A DNA stretch of 64,000 nt, taken from positions 36,332,001-36,396,000 of the forward strand of contig OZ024755.1 of assembly GCA_964016885.1 (NCBI GenBank), in the 5' to 3' direction. The notes under the pieces are model-generated. The model saw nothing but the letters and a program-made list of their open reading frames with translations, did no database searches and was not told the DNA's origin. Positions 26,198-38,406 of this stretch are shown here, piece by piece; within the stretch, counting starts at the first letter, position 1; the number at the start of each line of letters is the position of its first letter. The position numbers were made by a program, and so were the translations under genes. Source of the DNA: Eledone cirrhosa (lineage: Eukaryota).

Positions 26198-27430
26198 ATT
26201 ATTTGATTACCCGTTACTGTATTAATCAGATCACTGTTGCAACAGTGATAACTATGGAATAACAATGCCATACATGGCTCATTGACAACTAACATAACTA
26301 ATCCAGCATAAAACAAAGAAGCAGATGGAATTACCAACCATTAAAATTGTTCAAAGACCTGATTTTAAAGCACCAAAGAACAAAAGATACAACAAAAAAA
26401 TACTGAACTTTTCACTTAAATCTCTTCAGTTTTGATAAACTGACAAAGAATAAAAACTGTGTGTATAATATTACTCACTAAATTGCTTGATAATGTTAAA
26501 TGCACTCTTTGTAATTTGGTTTCAAAACAGTATAGACAAAAGCATATATAATGTGTATGCAATGTTACAATGATTTAAACCAGTTGAAGAACACACATAC
26601 GCACTACAAAACACAATATGAAAAACATTTTAAACCAACAGTAGAGAATATGCTAAGAAATCAATATATTTTACATACACATACAATACATACATATACA
26701 TCAACAAAATATCAGAAGTAATGTTAACATGATGGTGGAGGGGTGGGGGTTGTAGCCAAATTTTGTAATGGAGATGATATACTCATTGGTATTCATTTTA
26801 GTAGATCACTATTACTTACTTTAATGACCCAGAAAGACATCAAGCCTGGTGGAACAAATTTAGAACACTGAATTATATACCATAAAAAAAACTAACCTGG
26901 GTCACAAACATTTACACAAGCTCTCCTACTTTAATGATAATGAAAGACATTTGTAAACATATGCAAATATGCATGCAATTGAGAACATTTTAACTTCAAT
27001 AGAATATCCCATATTATTACCAAATATATACAGTGCCACTTAAAAAGTATTTGGGCTTTTTTTAACATAGTGAATGCAATACCAGGCTGTCTCATAACTT
27101 CACTGACCTGTAAACATTGTAAACAGCAACAGATTTCATTAATATTTTAGTAAGGTATGTCTCTTTGGAGGCAGCCAAAAATTTGAGTAGAATGCCTTGC
27201 AGTATTCATTCCAGCTCTCAGAGCTCTTCAAGTTCAAAACCCACCGCCGACATCATCTTTGCCTTTTATCCTTTCAAGATCAATATTTAAAAAAAAAAAA
27301 TGTTTAAAGTACCAGTCCAATACTGGGGTTAATTCTTCCTCTATATCTATTTATCATTTCCTCTCTTTTTTTCTTACCTGGAATAAACTGCCTATATTTA
27401 GACCTAGAGAGGGGGTTGGCTCTGGCAGAT

Positions 27431-27867
27431 TTAACTCTTTAGCATTTACATTACTCTATATATACTATTGTATTTTTGTGGTAAAGGCTTTACCTCACAT
27501 AACTACATCACATAACATTTACATTACTCTATATATACTATTGTATTTTTGTGGTAAAGGCTTTACCTCACATAACTACATCACATAACTCTATATATAC
27601 TATTGTATTTTTGTGGTAAAGGCTTTATCTTACATAACTACATCACATAACATTTACATTACTCTATATATACTATTGTATTTTTGTGGTAAAGGCTTTA
27701 TCTTACATAACTACATCACATAATATAGAATCTACGAGATTTTGGTGTTATTTATTTTGAAAACAATACCTTAATGTCAGTATGAGCAGCCAGTTATGGC
27801 CAATTTGGACTGAAAGAGGTGAGAGACTTCTGGCCAGATATGGCTGGTTTAAATGCTAAAGGGTTAA
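27431..27867. mobile_element. MITE-A with ~4 tandem copies of a ~65-bp subterminal segment
   Basis: TIRs plus repeated CATTTACATTACTCTATATATACTATTGTATTTTTGTGGTAAAGGC. Confidence 0.88.
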
Positions 27868-28139
27868 AAAATGCCTGTCACATCAGCCCACCACCTATGA
27901 CTGCATCAGGATTTATGGGTACGGTACATATATACATGTTTCTTTTACTTTATAGCTCCACTGATGAACTGAACTCTCTAAATATTTAAACTAATCAGAA
28001 ACCTCTATATGGTGATTCAATCTGCTAGAAATAACTACAAAATCCTCCTGAAATCACACCCTACTGTCTTGAAAAAGAAGACTCATTGAATAATATATTC
28101 AAAGATAATTCTAAAAAGACAGGAAGCCCTGGCTAAAAT

Positions 28140-28385
28140 GTTTTTGACCATAATCCTGTTTAGTTTTGACCATAGTCCTGTTTGGTTTTGACCATAGTCC
28201 TGTTCAATTTTGACCATAGTCCTGTTCAATTTTGAGCATCAGCCTTTTCAATGTTGACCATAGTCCTGTTCAATTTTGACCCATCAGCCTGTTCGATTTT
28301 GACCATCAACCTGTTCAATTTTGACCATCAACCTGTTCAATTTTGACCATCAACCTGTTCAATTTTGACCATCAACCTGTTCAAT
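28140..28385. repeat. ~21-bp minisatellite TTTGACCATCAACCTGTTCAA
   Basis: About 11 degenerate units. Confidence 0.85.
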
Positions 28386-28401
28386 CACAGCTGGTCCCAG
28401 A

Positions 28402-28812
28402 TTAACCCATTTAATAGTAAACTGCCTGAAACCACTCGTGGCCTTGATACGAAACTAAAAACCTTCCAGTATAATTTTATGTAAGAACCTTTAATAAGTT
28501 ATGTTTTAAACATCATCTTAATAATTATTTCTACTTTTGGCACAAGGCAACAATAACCCCAGTGTATTACTGGTATTTTTATTTTATCAACTCAGTAAGG
28601 ATGAAAGGTAAAGTTAACCTCAACAGGATTTGAACTCAGACGGTAAAGGGCAGTAACTCTATGCTGCAAAGCATGGCGTCCGAGCCTCCACCGACACTGC
28701 TAATCCACCGCCCCTAATGAAAGTCAGTTATATTACTAAAATCTTGATTATTTTCAAAGCCATTTGAAAATCATAATGTTTTTCATTAGAAATATGGTAA
28801 TGAAAGAGTTAA
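28402..28812. mobile_element. MITE-B interrupted by SINE-A (~28523-28713, -)
   Basis: TTAACCCATTT ... GGTAATGAAAGAGTTAA ends; SINE motifs inside. Confidence 0.7.
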
Positions 28813-29914
28813 ACTGTGGAGAAAATTTCATTGGTCAAAAGAAGAAGGAAAAATATTGTATATAGAAAAGAAGGTGAAGGATAGAAAAGAGAATGAATGA
28901 AGGCTAAACAAAAGAGAATGAAAGAACAATTGGTGAAGAAAATGAAAGAGTGATCAATCAGTTGAATAAAGAAATATGAGAGGGGGAGAATAAGAGAGAA
29001 AAACGAGAGAATAAGAGAAAAAAGTAAAAAATATGCGGTAAATAATGTTGGTGAGACATTATAATCAGTGTAAACAGAATGTGAGAGCCAATGCACAGAA
29101 ACTAATACTGCAAAGCTTTAAATTAAATCAACAAGATATTTAGAGCTGACAGAATGCTTCTCCAATACATGCAGGCCATTTTATCAAATTACCTCAGAGG
29201 AAAATGATTAGAAAAATAATTAAAAGTAGTAGCTGTTGTGTTGTTCTTTGTCTTAAAGAAAAAGGTGTTATTTTTTGTTGTTTTTTGTTTTTTTGTTTTT
29301 TTCTTCTTTTTTGTTGTTTCTACATATAAGAAATGAAACTTTTTCTTTTTTAAAGATAAAAATAAATTTTAAAAATGGATATAAAATGGAGCAAAGACAT
29401 TGAAAGAAAGCAATAAGATGGTCCCACATAAATCGTGTCTACTTAATATAAAAATGTCAATTTACATTACATTGGTCTAATGTTCATCTCCTAGTTCATT
29501 AAAAACTAAATGAAATGGTCATTAAATGAAAAATTTATATTGTCATGTTTTCTATTTATCCATCTATGGGTGACTAGACACTTGGTATAGATAGACAGAT
29601 ACTTTTCTTTTAAAGTTTTAGAAATTAAACCTTCAAAGCTGGATAGACAAAAAAGTGAACATTCTTAGTCAGAAACAATGTAATATTTGCCAAACATATA
29701 TTTTTATGAACAACAATGTGACAGTTTCCATTTATCCATTCTAATTTTACTCGTATGTTGATTAGTGAAAGAAAATTGTCTGCTTATGACTTACACAATT
29801 TACTTGGTGTGGCAATAAAGTCTTCAGAATAGTAGGCTGTGTGCCATATATTCCAGTAAATGTAGTTAATATTAGTTGGAATTTGAACTTTGTTGTACTT
29901 ATGTGACATTCTAT

Positions 29915-30258
29915 ATGAATGCTGTATTTTGTCACAGGCCTCTGATATTCTGTGTGGATGCTGTATTTTGTCACAGGCCTCTGATATTCTAAATGAATGC
30001 TGTATTTTGTCACAGGCCTATGATATTCTGTGTAGATGCTGTATTTTGTCACAGGCCTCTGATATTCTGTATGGATGCTGTATTTTGTCACAGTTCTATG
30101 ATATTCTGTGTAGATGCTGTATTTTGTCACAGGCCTCTGATATTCTGTATGGATGCTGTATTTTGTCACAGTTCTATGATATTCTGTGTAGATGCTGTAT
30201 TTTGTCACAGGCCTCTGATATTCTGTATGGATGCTGTATTTTGTCACAGGCCTATACA
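29915..30258. repeat. 39-bp minisatellite, ~9 units
   Basis: ATGCTGTATTTTGTCACAGGCCTCTGATATTCTGTGTGG. Confidence 0.92.
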
Positions 30259-30339
30259 TGATTATTTTCTTGTCATTCTTGTAAGTTTATAATACATGTA
30301 TCAAACTGCTCAATCCACAAAAGATTCTTTCCAGAGGAT

Positions 30340-30589
30340 AAGAGTTACAATGACCAAACAATCACCCTATAGTCCCAACTTAAATATGTGCAATTGTTGG
30401 GTGTTCAAGTTATTAAAGTAACATCTTTGAAAATTTGTTTTCACTTCATTAGAAGAGGTGGTAGATAAATTGTTGCGCTGGTTTAGACAATTGCCAAAGG
30501 AACGACTCCAAAAAGAATTAAATGCTTTGCATAAGCACTGTAAAGATGTTATTACATTCAATGGAGATTATGTTTTGCAGAATAAATAA
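30340..30589 (+). pseudogene. Decayed mariner transposase C-terminus
   Basis: One frame reads QSPYSPNLNMCNCWVFKLLK*..F.SLEEV..WF..LP....CKDVITFNGDYV (YSPDL and GDY motifs) with in-frame stops. Confidence 0.75.
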
Positions 30590-30777
30590 ATTTTAGTTTC
30601 AATATGTTGTGCATTTTCATTTAAAGAGTTATTCTAAAGACTTTATTTCCACACAAAGTAGTTTACTTCAAACCAAATAGCATACTACATCAGATAGTTT
30701 TCTTTCTTTGGTTTCACTGAACTTCATTGACTAGTAAAAAAGGTGTTTCCCAAGCTTGGAGGCTCATCAGGCAAGAA

Positions 30778-30937
30778 CTTATCCTCACATAATATCGAAT
30801 CTATGAGATTTTGATATTATTTATTTTGAGAACAATACCTTAACATAAGTATGAGTGGCCAATTACGACCAGTTTGAACAGAAAGAAGGTGAGAGAATTC
30901 TGGCCGGATATAGCCAGTTTAAATGCTAAAGGGATAA
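30778..30937. mobile_element. Partial MITE-A
   Basis: Family body and one TIR. Confidence 0.8.
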
Positions 30938-31795
30938 ACAAAACCAAGAGGGGAGAAATAACAGTAAGTCTATAGATGACCAAATTTAATTCAAGCACTA
31001 GACCACCACCAGCTTTAGCATCAGGAAGTCACACACAAAGTTGTCTAAACATCAAAATACTAGTTAATACATTAAGAGTAATAGAAGGAATCCAAAGCTA
31101 ATATAATTCCACTGTTACTGTTTTGAAATCAATAGAATTATTAGTGCCTGTCATCATAAATAATAAAGTTACATTTCCTCTACATTTTTAGCTAACATTA
31201 AATGGACAAACACTAAATATATTATAGACAATAACTAGATATTAAACATAATAAAATAGTACTCTGTGAGTGTATGACTCTGTCTGTGAGTGTGTGAGTG
31301 TCTGTGTGTGTATGAGTCTGTCTGTGAGTGTATGACTCTGTCTGTGTGTGTATGACTCTGTCTGTGTGTGTATGACTGTATGTGTGTGTACGAGTCTGTC
31401 TGTGAGTGTGTGAGTGTCTGTGTGTGTATGAGTGTCTGTGTGTGTATGAGTCTGTATGTGAGTGTGTGTGAGTCTGTGTGTGTGTGTGAGCGTCTGTGAA
31501 TGTGTACAGCATGTATGTGAGTGTATACAGCGTGTATGTGAGTGTGTACAGTCACACACATTATTTCAAAGACCAGCTGAGACAACAGCTCTTGCTTACA
31601 AACATAAATCAAAAACTGTTAGAAACTGGAAGCAAAAGAGGTCACCGGGTGACCTAAACACCCCCCTGGAATGTCTGGAGGGCTTTTCAGTTGATCTGAA
31701 TCTGTGTAGCAGCAAAGATATGTGGTGAATGAAAGAATGGGTGTAGATGTGTTTATATGTGTCGGTCAGTATTGTACTCTCTCTCTCTCTCGCTC

Positions 31796-31903
<108 letters not shown>

Positions 31904-31992
31904 TCTATATATATATATAAAAGAATGGTTTTGTGAAGAGGAACATAAATGAACTGAAGTTAAATATGGCACCCAAAACATTAGTAACAAAG

Positions 31993-32034
<42 letters not shown>

Positions 32035-32043
32035 TATAGAAAT

Positions 32044-32145
32044 GATTTCTACAAGACTGGAACGGTTTCAGTCATTTGAAATCATCAGGAAAATTCACTT
32101 TCCTGATGATTTCAAATGAATGAAGCAGTTCTAGTCTTGTAGAAG
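32044..32145. repeat. Fold-back palindrome with two divergent hammerhead-like motifs
   Basis: ~46-bp arms around ATTCAC; each arm reads outward CTGATGA-TTTCAAATGA(A/C)T-GAA(A/G)C...GTA. Confidence 0.8.
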
Positions 32146-32164
32146 TAATATATATATGGAATAA

Positions 32165-32219
<55 letters not shown>

Positions 32220-32223
32220 AATC

Positions 32224-32327
32224 AGTATTCTGATGATTTGGTCAGGTATCAACTGTAATTAAGGTCGAGTGTTCTAACGATCAGTGACTTTTAGACTCAC
32301 TGGACTAATGAAACAATTGTCAATACT
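32224..32327 (+). ncRNA. Type I hammerhead ribozyme fold with extended stem II
   Basis: AGTATT-CTGATGA-TTTGGTC...GACTAAT-GAAAC-AATT-GTC-AATACT; stem I 6 bp, intact core, GUC site. Confidence 0.75.
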
Positions 32328-32554
32328 TTAAATAAACCCTATTGTACAGCCGACCATCTTATTCTTCATTCTTTTACTATATATATATTCACACTTTAAA
32401 GAGGTTGGTATTAGGAAAGTTATCTAGCTGTAGAACCAAGCCCCAAACAAAGCAATCAAGCAAGATATGGTCACTTGACCAATTTAGCCTCAGCACATGT
32501 CAGCCCATTTAACCCATGAAAACATGGAAAATGATGATAATTCAGTATAATATA

Positions 32555-33198
32555 CTGTATTTGACAGCTTATAAGACACTATTTCCAAAAAACATTCCAG
32601 AAAATCAACCTGCGTCTTATAAGGTCATTGGTCAATTTAGGTTACTGGCTAGTGGAGTTCTAGTACTGCAGTAGCCCTTAAATTAACCCTTTAGCATTCA
32701 CACTACTCTATATTTACTATTATATTTTCACAGAAAAGGCTTTACCTCACATAATTATCTCACATAATATCGAATCTATGAGATTTTGATGTGATTTATT
32801 TTGACAAAAATACCTTAATGTCAGTATGAGCAGCCAATTACAACCAGTTTGGAGAGAAGTCTGGCTGAATACGGCCAGTTTAAATGCTAAAGGGTTAAGC
32901 CGCAAACATCTCCACAAATATAAACAAGGTGGCAAACATTTCTCGTCAACACTGGCAACACTTTTCTAAAAAAAAAAGACTAAAATTTTAATAAATTTCA
33001 TGATGAATAAAATATATTTATTTGCACTTTCTTATGCTTTAAAAATGTACTAAATATTTAAACAAAAAATACAATGTAGAGAATAAAATAAATTCATTCT
33101 CACACTTCCTTATGTTTTAAAAATGTACTAAAATATTACAACTAGAATTACATTGAGAATGATAATTAAAAAAATGTCTTATAAACCATCAAATACAA
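32555..33198. mobile_element. pogo/Tigger-like remnant containing a nested MITE-A (32683-32898)
   Basis: TA-CTGTATTTGACAGCTTATAAGAC ... GTCTTATAAACCATCAAATACAA-TA. Confidence 0.6.
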
Positions 33199-33237
33199 TA
33201 ATTCCTTTCTTTCTCACACACACACACACAAATAATC

Positions 33238-33695
33238 ACCATCATCACTGTTTTACGTCCATTCTTCTACGCTAGCATGGGTTGGACGGGTTGTCCTGTT
33301 GTGGGCAATGCCAGGTCGGGTGACCTTGTTTTGTTCAGACGGGAACTGATTTTGGCTTGATTTCTATAGCTGGATGCCCTTCCTAATAGCAACCTCATTT
33401 ACAGTGAGTACTGAGTGCTTTTTTACTGTGGTGCCTACATGACCACTTTACAGTGAGGGCTGGGTGCTTTTTTGTCTTGGCACCTCTACAACCACTTTGC
33501 AGTGAGAGAGGATGGGGGCATATTGTCTATATGCTTCAGCTTCGGCTTGTACCCGTGGGAAGTCGGGTCTTCTGTATTACTGCGTAATGCCAGAGGTCTT
33601 GGTCCTGTGTCATCGCCTTTGAGAGGTGCAATTGGGCAAGGTCGGATTTTATCACCTCATCCCAGGTCTTCTTGGGTCTCCCCACTTCCATCGAA
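33238..33695 (-). mobile_element. RTE ORF end plus 3' UTR fragment
   Basis: Same family architecture as 59210-60728 (GRP.KTWDE). Confidence 0.8.
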
Positions 33696-33894
33696 TATAA
33701 ACAGTAAATAATTTAACATTTAACTCTCTAAATGATTTACTATATGTTTCAGGTACATGGATATATTTCCTGTTTTGTGTGACAAAGTAGTGAAAGAGTC
33801 ACTCACTGGGAATAAAAACTTAACCTCCCATCAGTAACAACAATGGAGCTAATGCTGAGCAGATACCCTTAGATGCCCTCTGGATCAGATACCC

Positions 33895-34208
33895 TTAGAT
33901 GCCTGCTGGAGCAGATACAAACTATGCAGTGTGGAAATCCCTAAACAGACTAAGATCTGGTGTTGGACGTGCAAAAGCCACTCTTGCAAAATGGGGATAT
34001 TTAAAGGATGAGGACATTGTGTGTGACTGTGGCATCAAACTACAGACTAGGCAACACCTCCTGATATGCCCCCTTGCTGGAACACCCCTGCACAGCATTG
34101 GACTTGACAGAGTTTAATGAGAAAGGACAGCAATGTGTTCAGCTGTAGCAGAACCATATCTAACCAAACTTTGTAGCCGACACTCTAGTGGACACGAGAA
34201 GAAGAAGT
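33895..34208 (+). mobile_element. Vingi/Ingi-like LINE 3' end
   Basis: WKSLNRLRSGVGRAKATLAKWG...CDCG..QT.QHLLICP (C-terminal Cys/His knuckle), (GAA)n tail. Confidence 0.75.
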
Positions 34209-34372
34209 TATAAAGTATGAAGTACACCTTGAAAGACATCCGTTCAAATATTCAAGATTATTAATGACTGAATAAATAACAAAAAGTTCAGAACTTAATA
34301 ACTAAATTCTTCAAAACTGATGACAGTAATGCTGACAATGAAGATGGCAGTATTAACCCTTTTTGTGCCATC

Positions 34373-34612
34373 TTAACCCTTTAGCCTTTAAACCAGACGT
34401 ATCCGGCCAGAATTCTCTCACCTCTTTCTGTTCAAACCAGCTGTAACCAGCCCCTCATACTGATGTTAAGGGATTGTTCTCAAAATAAATAACACCAAAA
34501 TTTCATAGATTCAATATTATGTGAAATAATATGCAAGATATTATGTGAGATAAAGCCTTTACTGCGAAGATATAATATTAAATATAGAGTAATATGAATG
34601 CTAAAGGGTTAA
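34373..34612. mobile_element. MITE-A inserted ~20 bp inside a MITE-B-like end (34353)
   Basis: TTAA-flanked TIRs. Confidence 0.85.
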
Positions 34613-34692
34613 ACTACCCATGGTTTTATGGCATGAAAACCTTCCCTCATAATTTTATTTAAAGACCTAATGGAAGTTATATTATTAAAAAT

Positions 34693-35011
34693 GTGAAGGC
34701 ACATGGCTTAGTCGTTACAGCATTGGGCTTGCAATCAGAAGTTTGTGAGTTCGATTCTTGGACCGGGTGATGTGTTGTGCCCTTGAGCAAGACACTTTAT
34801 TTCACATTGCTCCAGTTTACTCAGCTGTAGAAATGAGTTGCGACGTCACTGGTGCCAATCTGTACCAGCCATTGCCTTTCCCTTGGACCCCATCGGTGCC
34901 ATGGTCAACTGCTGGTCTTCCACAAACAACCTTACCCAGACTTGTGCCTCGGAGGGGAACTTTCTAGATGCAAATCCCATGGTCATTCATGATTGAAGGA
35001 GGTTTAGCACC
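34693..35011 (+). mobile_element. tRNA-derived SINE with V-domain-like core (SINE-B), 11-bp TSD
   Basis: TGGCTTAGTCG A box, GTTCGATTC B box, TGTGCCCTTGAGCAAGACACTTT; TSD TATTATTAAAA at 34680-34690 and 35012-35022. Confidence 0.85.
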
Positions 35012-35159
35012 TATTATTAAAATCCTTTCAAATTCTTTAAAAGGCATAAGCAGTGATAATGGTTTCTGATTTAGGCACAAGGCCAACAATTTTAAATGAG
35101 TTAATGACAATGGCTTAATATCACACTCAGAAATTTTATAAATATCCTTAAATTATAGT

Positions 35160-35737
35160 AAATTTAAGTATTTTGGTGCATGGATGCACAGCTCATGCAA
35201 GGACTTCGAAGTTAGAAAAGCATTAGCATGATCGGCATGCCACAAACTAGTGAAGGTGTGGAAGTCCGATCTAAACCACAAAATCAAGGAGCGCTTCGTC
35301 CTAGCAACGGTTGAGTCCATCCTGCTTTACGGCAGTAAAATGTGGACTATTGACGAAGTGTTATGCAAGAGACTTGACCGATATTACACGAGGATGTTGA
35401 GAATGGCTCTCAACATTTCTTGGAAACAGAAGCTGACAAATAAGGAACTATACAGATCACTACCACCAGTCTCAAGAAAAGTTGCCTGCAGACGAATGAA
35501 ACTGGCTGGGCACTGCATCTGTCACCCAGAAGAGACAGCATCACAACTTGGGCTCTGGAAACCGACGGTCAAACAAAGAAGTGTGGGAAGACAGGCCGTC
35601 TCATTCATTGATACCCTGCTGAGAGATGTCAACATTGATAACATCGATGAACTGAGAAATGTCATGCTTGACCAGGACGATTGGAGAAAGTGTGCTGAAT
35701 CTTTGTGAGTGTAAACTTGGCCGGAGATAGATAGATA
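35160..35737 (+). mobile_element. RTE-clade LINE C-terminal fragment with (GATA)n tail
   Basis: F.YFG, ESILLYGS..W, YTRMLRMALNISW, RMKLAGHC, LWKP, GRQ motifs. Confidence 0.9.
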
Positions 35738-35964
35738 ACATTATATCAAGAATTAATTCTCTTGAAATCTCAAAAAACTTATTCTTACTTTCAATATACA
35801 TCAATAGAGTACACTGTGAGGTTACGTTTGTTGGAGTATTGATGACAAAGTTTAGTTTAAACTCACGAGCAGTGTCTATATATATAATTAGTTACAACAG
35901 TGACATGATACTTAAATTGTCCTAAACAGTTGGATATTTATACCAAGTTTGTTCTACAAAATAC

Positions 35965-36041
<77 letters not shown>

Positions 36042-36175
36042 GCAAGGTTTTTGATATGAAATTGTGTGTTGAAACAAATATTGTTATGATTGCTAACTAA
36101 ATTAATTATGGAGATATAAAATATACGGAAGCGAAAACCAACCAAAACCAAACAATGAGTGTATTTTATTATATA

Positions 36176-37290
36176 CTAGCAGTAAAGCCCGGCGTTGCTC
36201 GGGGTCGCTCAGTAGCTGTGTTAAAGTTACAATGTTAAGTTTCTTTCTTGGCTTAAAAACTGTAGTGTCTACTGTGCAGACTTGCATGTGGTGTTTTTGA
36301 TTAATATTCCCTCAACCAACAATATGTCTTATGAAGTTAAGAAAACATAACGATAACCCGAATGTTATAACAAAAGAGGATGCTGGGGATAGAAACTGCA
36401 CTGGTTATTTATTAACAAAGATCGAAAATGTAAACACTGCAACGCAGAGAAAAACATTAGCGTAACCAAATTATCAGTTATGTCTGTCTGCACGACTGTC
36501 TGTCTGCACGCCTATATCACCTCTCTGCACGACTTTCTGTCTGCACGCCTATATCACCTCTCTGCACGACTGTCTGTCTGCACGCCTATATCACCTCTCT
36601 GCACGACTGTCTGTCTGCACGCCTATATCACCTCTCTGCACGACTGTCTGTCTGCACGCCTATATCACCTCTCTGCACGACTGTCTGTCTGCACGCCTAT
36701 ATCACCTCTCTGCACGACTGTCTGTCTGCACGCCTATATCACCTCTCTGCACGACTGTCTGTCTGCACGCCTATATCACCTCTCTGCACGACTGTTTGTC
36801 TGCACGCGTATATCACCTCTCTGCACGACTATCTGTCTGCACGACTGTCTGTCTGCACGCCTAACGACGAAATATTTGCTTGTTTTACGTAGTCTTTAAA
36901 TAGACTTGTTTTCAAGTAAAAATATTGTTTTAAAATGCTTTTAAATGGAAATGAAGCAAAACGGAAGCTTAGTGTTCGAACTGATGAATTTTGCAGGTCA
37001 ATATTTTGCTGGCTCGACAACTGTTCGTGTATTGTAATTTTTTACGTAAGACGCTCAATGTAAACAGAACAAAGGGAAATAACTGATAACTTACGCGCAA
37101 AAATCGATACATTATATTCGATTTCGTCACATAGGGTGGGTCAATTTGAAATTATTTTTTTTCCGATGTCTTCGCTAGGGCTCAATGTACAAGTATAGCA
37201 ATTTCGGTGCAATTCCGTGAGAGATTCTAAGAGGAGATGTGTGCCAAAAATCGATAGACAGACAGACAACCACAGTTTTATATATATAGA
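36176..37290 (-). mobile_element. Non-autonomous Helitron
   Basis: On the minus strand: A|TCTATATATATAAAA 5' end, 3' hairpin CCCGAGCAACGCCGGG followed by CTAG|T, no TSD. Confidence 0.85.
36481..36862. repeat. 37-bp minisatellite (~9 units) inside the Helitron
   Basis: CTGCACGACTGTCTGTCTGCACGCCTATATCACCTCT. Confidence 0.93.
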
Positions 37291-37469
37291 TTTCTGGCAA
37301 TATTATAACAATATGACCCTCCCCAAATATGACAATACTAGACCACCCCTGACCTGTTGGGTCATGTTCACTTCAAAATATTTTTTTAAATCATGTTCAA
37401 TTAAAAATAATTTTTGAATAATTAAAATATATACAGACATGTATATAATGTGAAATGAAACTGGGAGGC

Positions 37470-37507
<38 letters not shown>

Positions 37508-37971
37508 GTGTGTATGTGTATATATAAATGTGTGTGGGTATACATATGTGTGTGTGTATACATATATGTGTGTGTGTGTATATCTGGGTGTCTGTGATCT
37601 ATATACACTGATCATAGACACACATACTCACATATATATATATATATACACAACACCACCAGCTCTCTCTGCCATTCTCCTTCTCTGCTGCCTCTCCCTC
37701 TCTCTCTCTTTCAATCTACTCTCTCACAACCACTATCTCTTCTTTTGTGTCCTTCTCTCTCTCTATTTATGAAGGTACCCAGAAAAACCCCATATCTCAG
37801 GAACCCGTGATCCGATTCACGCGAAACTTGTTTCATTCCATTTGTATTTCCATTCCAGGGTCAATTTCTTTTCAAAGTATTTTCTCATTATGCGCCCTTT
37901 TGGCTATATTACATTACTGACAAGCAAGCAAGCAATCACAGAGTTTTAGTAGTGTGAGTGTATCTATATAT

Positions 37972-38174
37972 ATAGGAAAATGTATCCCCGACGGCAGAGC
38001 TCAAGCCATTTCGATGGCTATTTCTGGACTCCAGAATAGTCCAGAAATAGCCGTCGAAACGGCTTAAGCTCTGCCGTCGGGGTCATACATTTTCCTATTA
38101 CCCACTCTACTACCCTAAGTATAGAGTACTCTCGTGCGTTATGGTCCATCTGGTTCCTTACCACAACTCCTTCG

Positions 38175-38176
<2 letters not shown>
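37972..38176 (+). mobile_element. Fold-back (37972-38098) with a hammerhead 3' half; putative Penelope-like end
   Basis: ~60-bp arms; GAAAC-GGC-loop-GCC-GTC at 38056-38078. Confidence 0.6.
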
Positions 38177-38211
<35 letters not shown>

Positions 38212-38216
<5 letters not shown>

Positions 38217-38403
38217 GTTTCTACTTTTGGCACAAGGCCAGCAATTACCCAGTACATTACTGGTACTTTATTTTATCGACCACGTAAGGATGAAAGGCAA
38301 AGTTGACCTCGGCGGGATTTGAACTCGGAATGGAAAGGGCCGTAACTCTATGCGTCAAAGCATGGTGTCCAACCCTCTACCGATACTGCCAATCCACCAC
38401 CCT
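38212..38403 (-). mobile_element. SINE-A
   Basis: Full match. Confidence 0.9.
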
Positions 38404-38406
38404 GGG

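Noticed and set aside
37640-37960. Possible second Helitron-like 5' fragment
   Set aside because: Only a (CAAG)n plus GAGTTTTAGTAGT end is visible; no 3' hairpin or CTAG found
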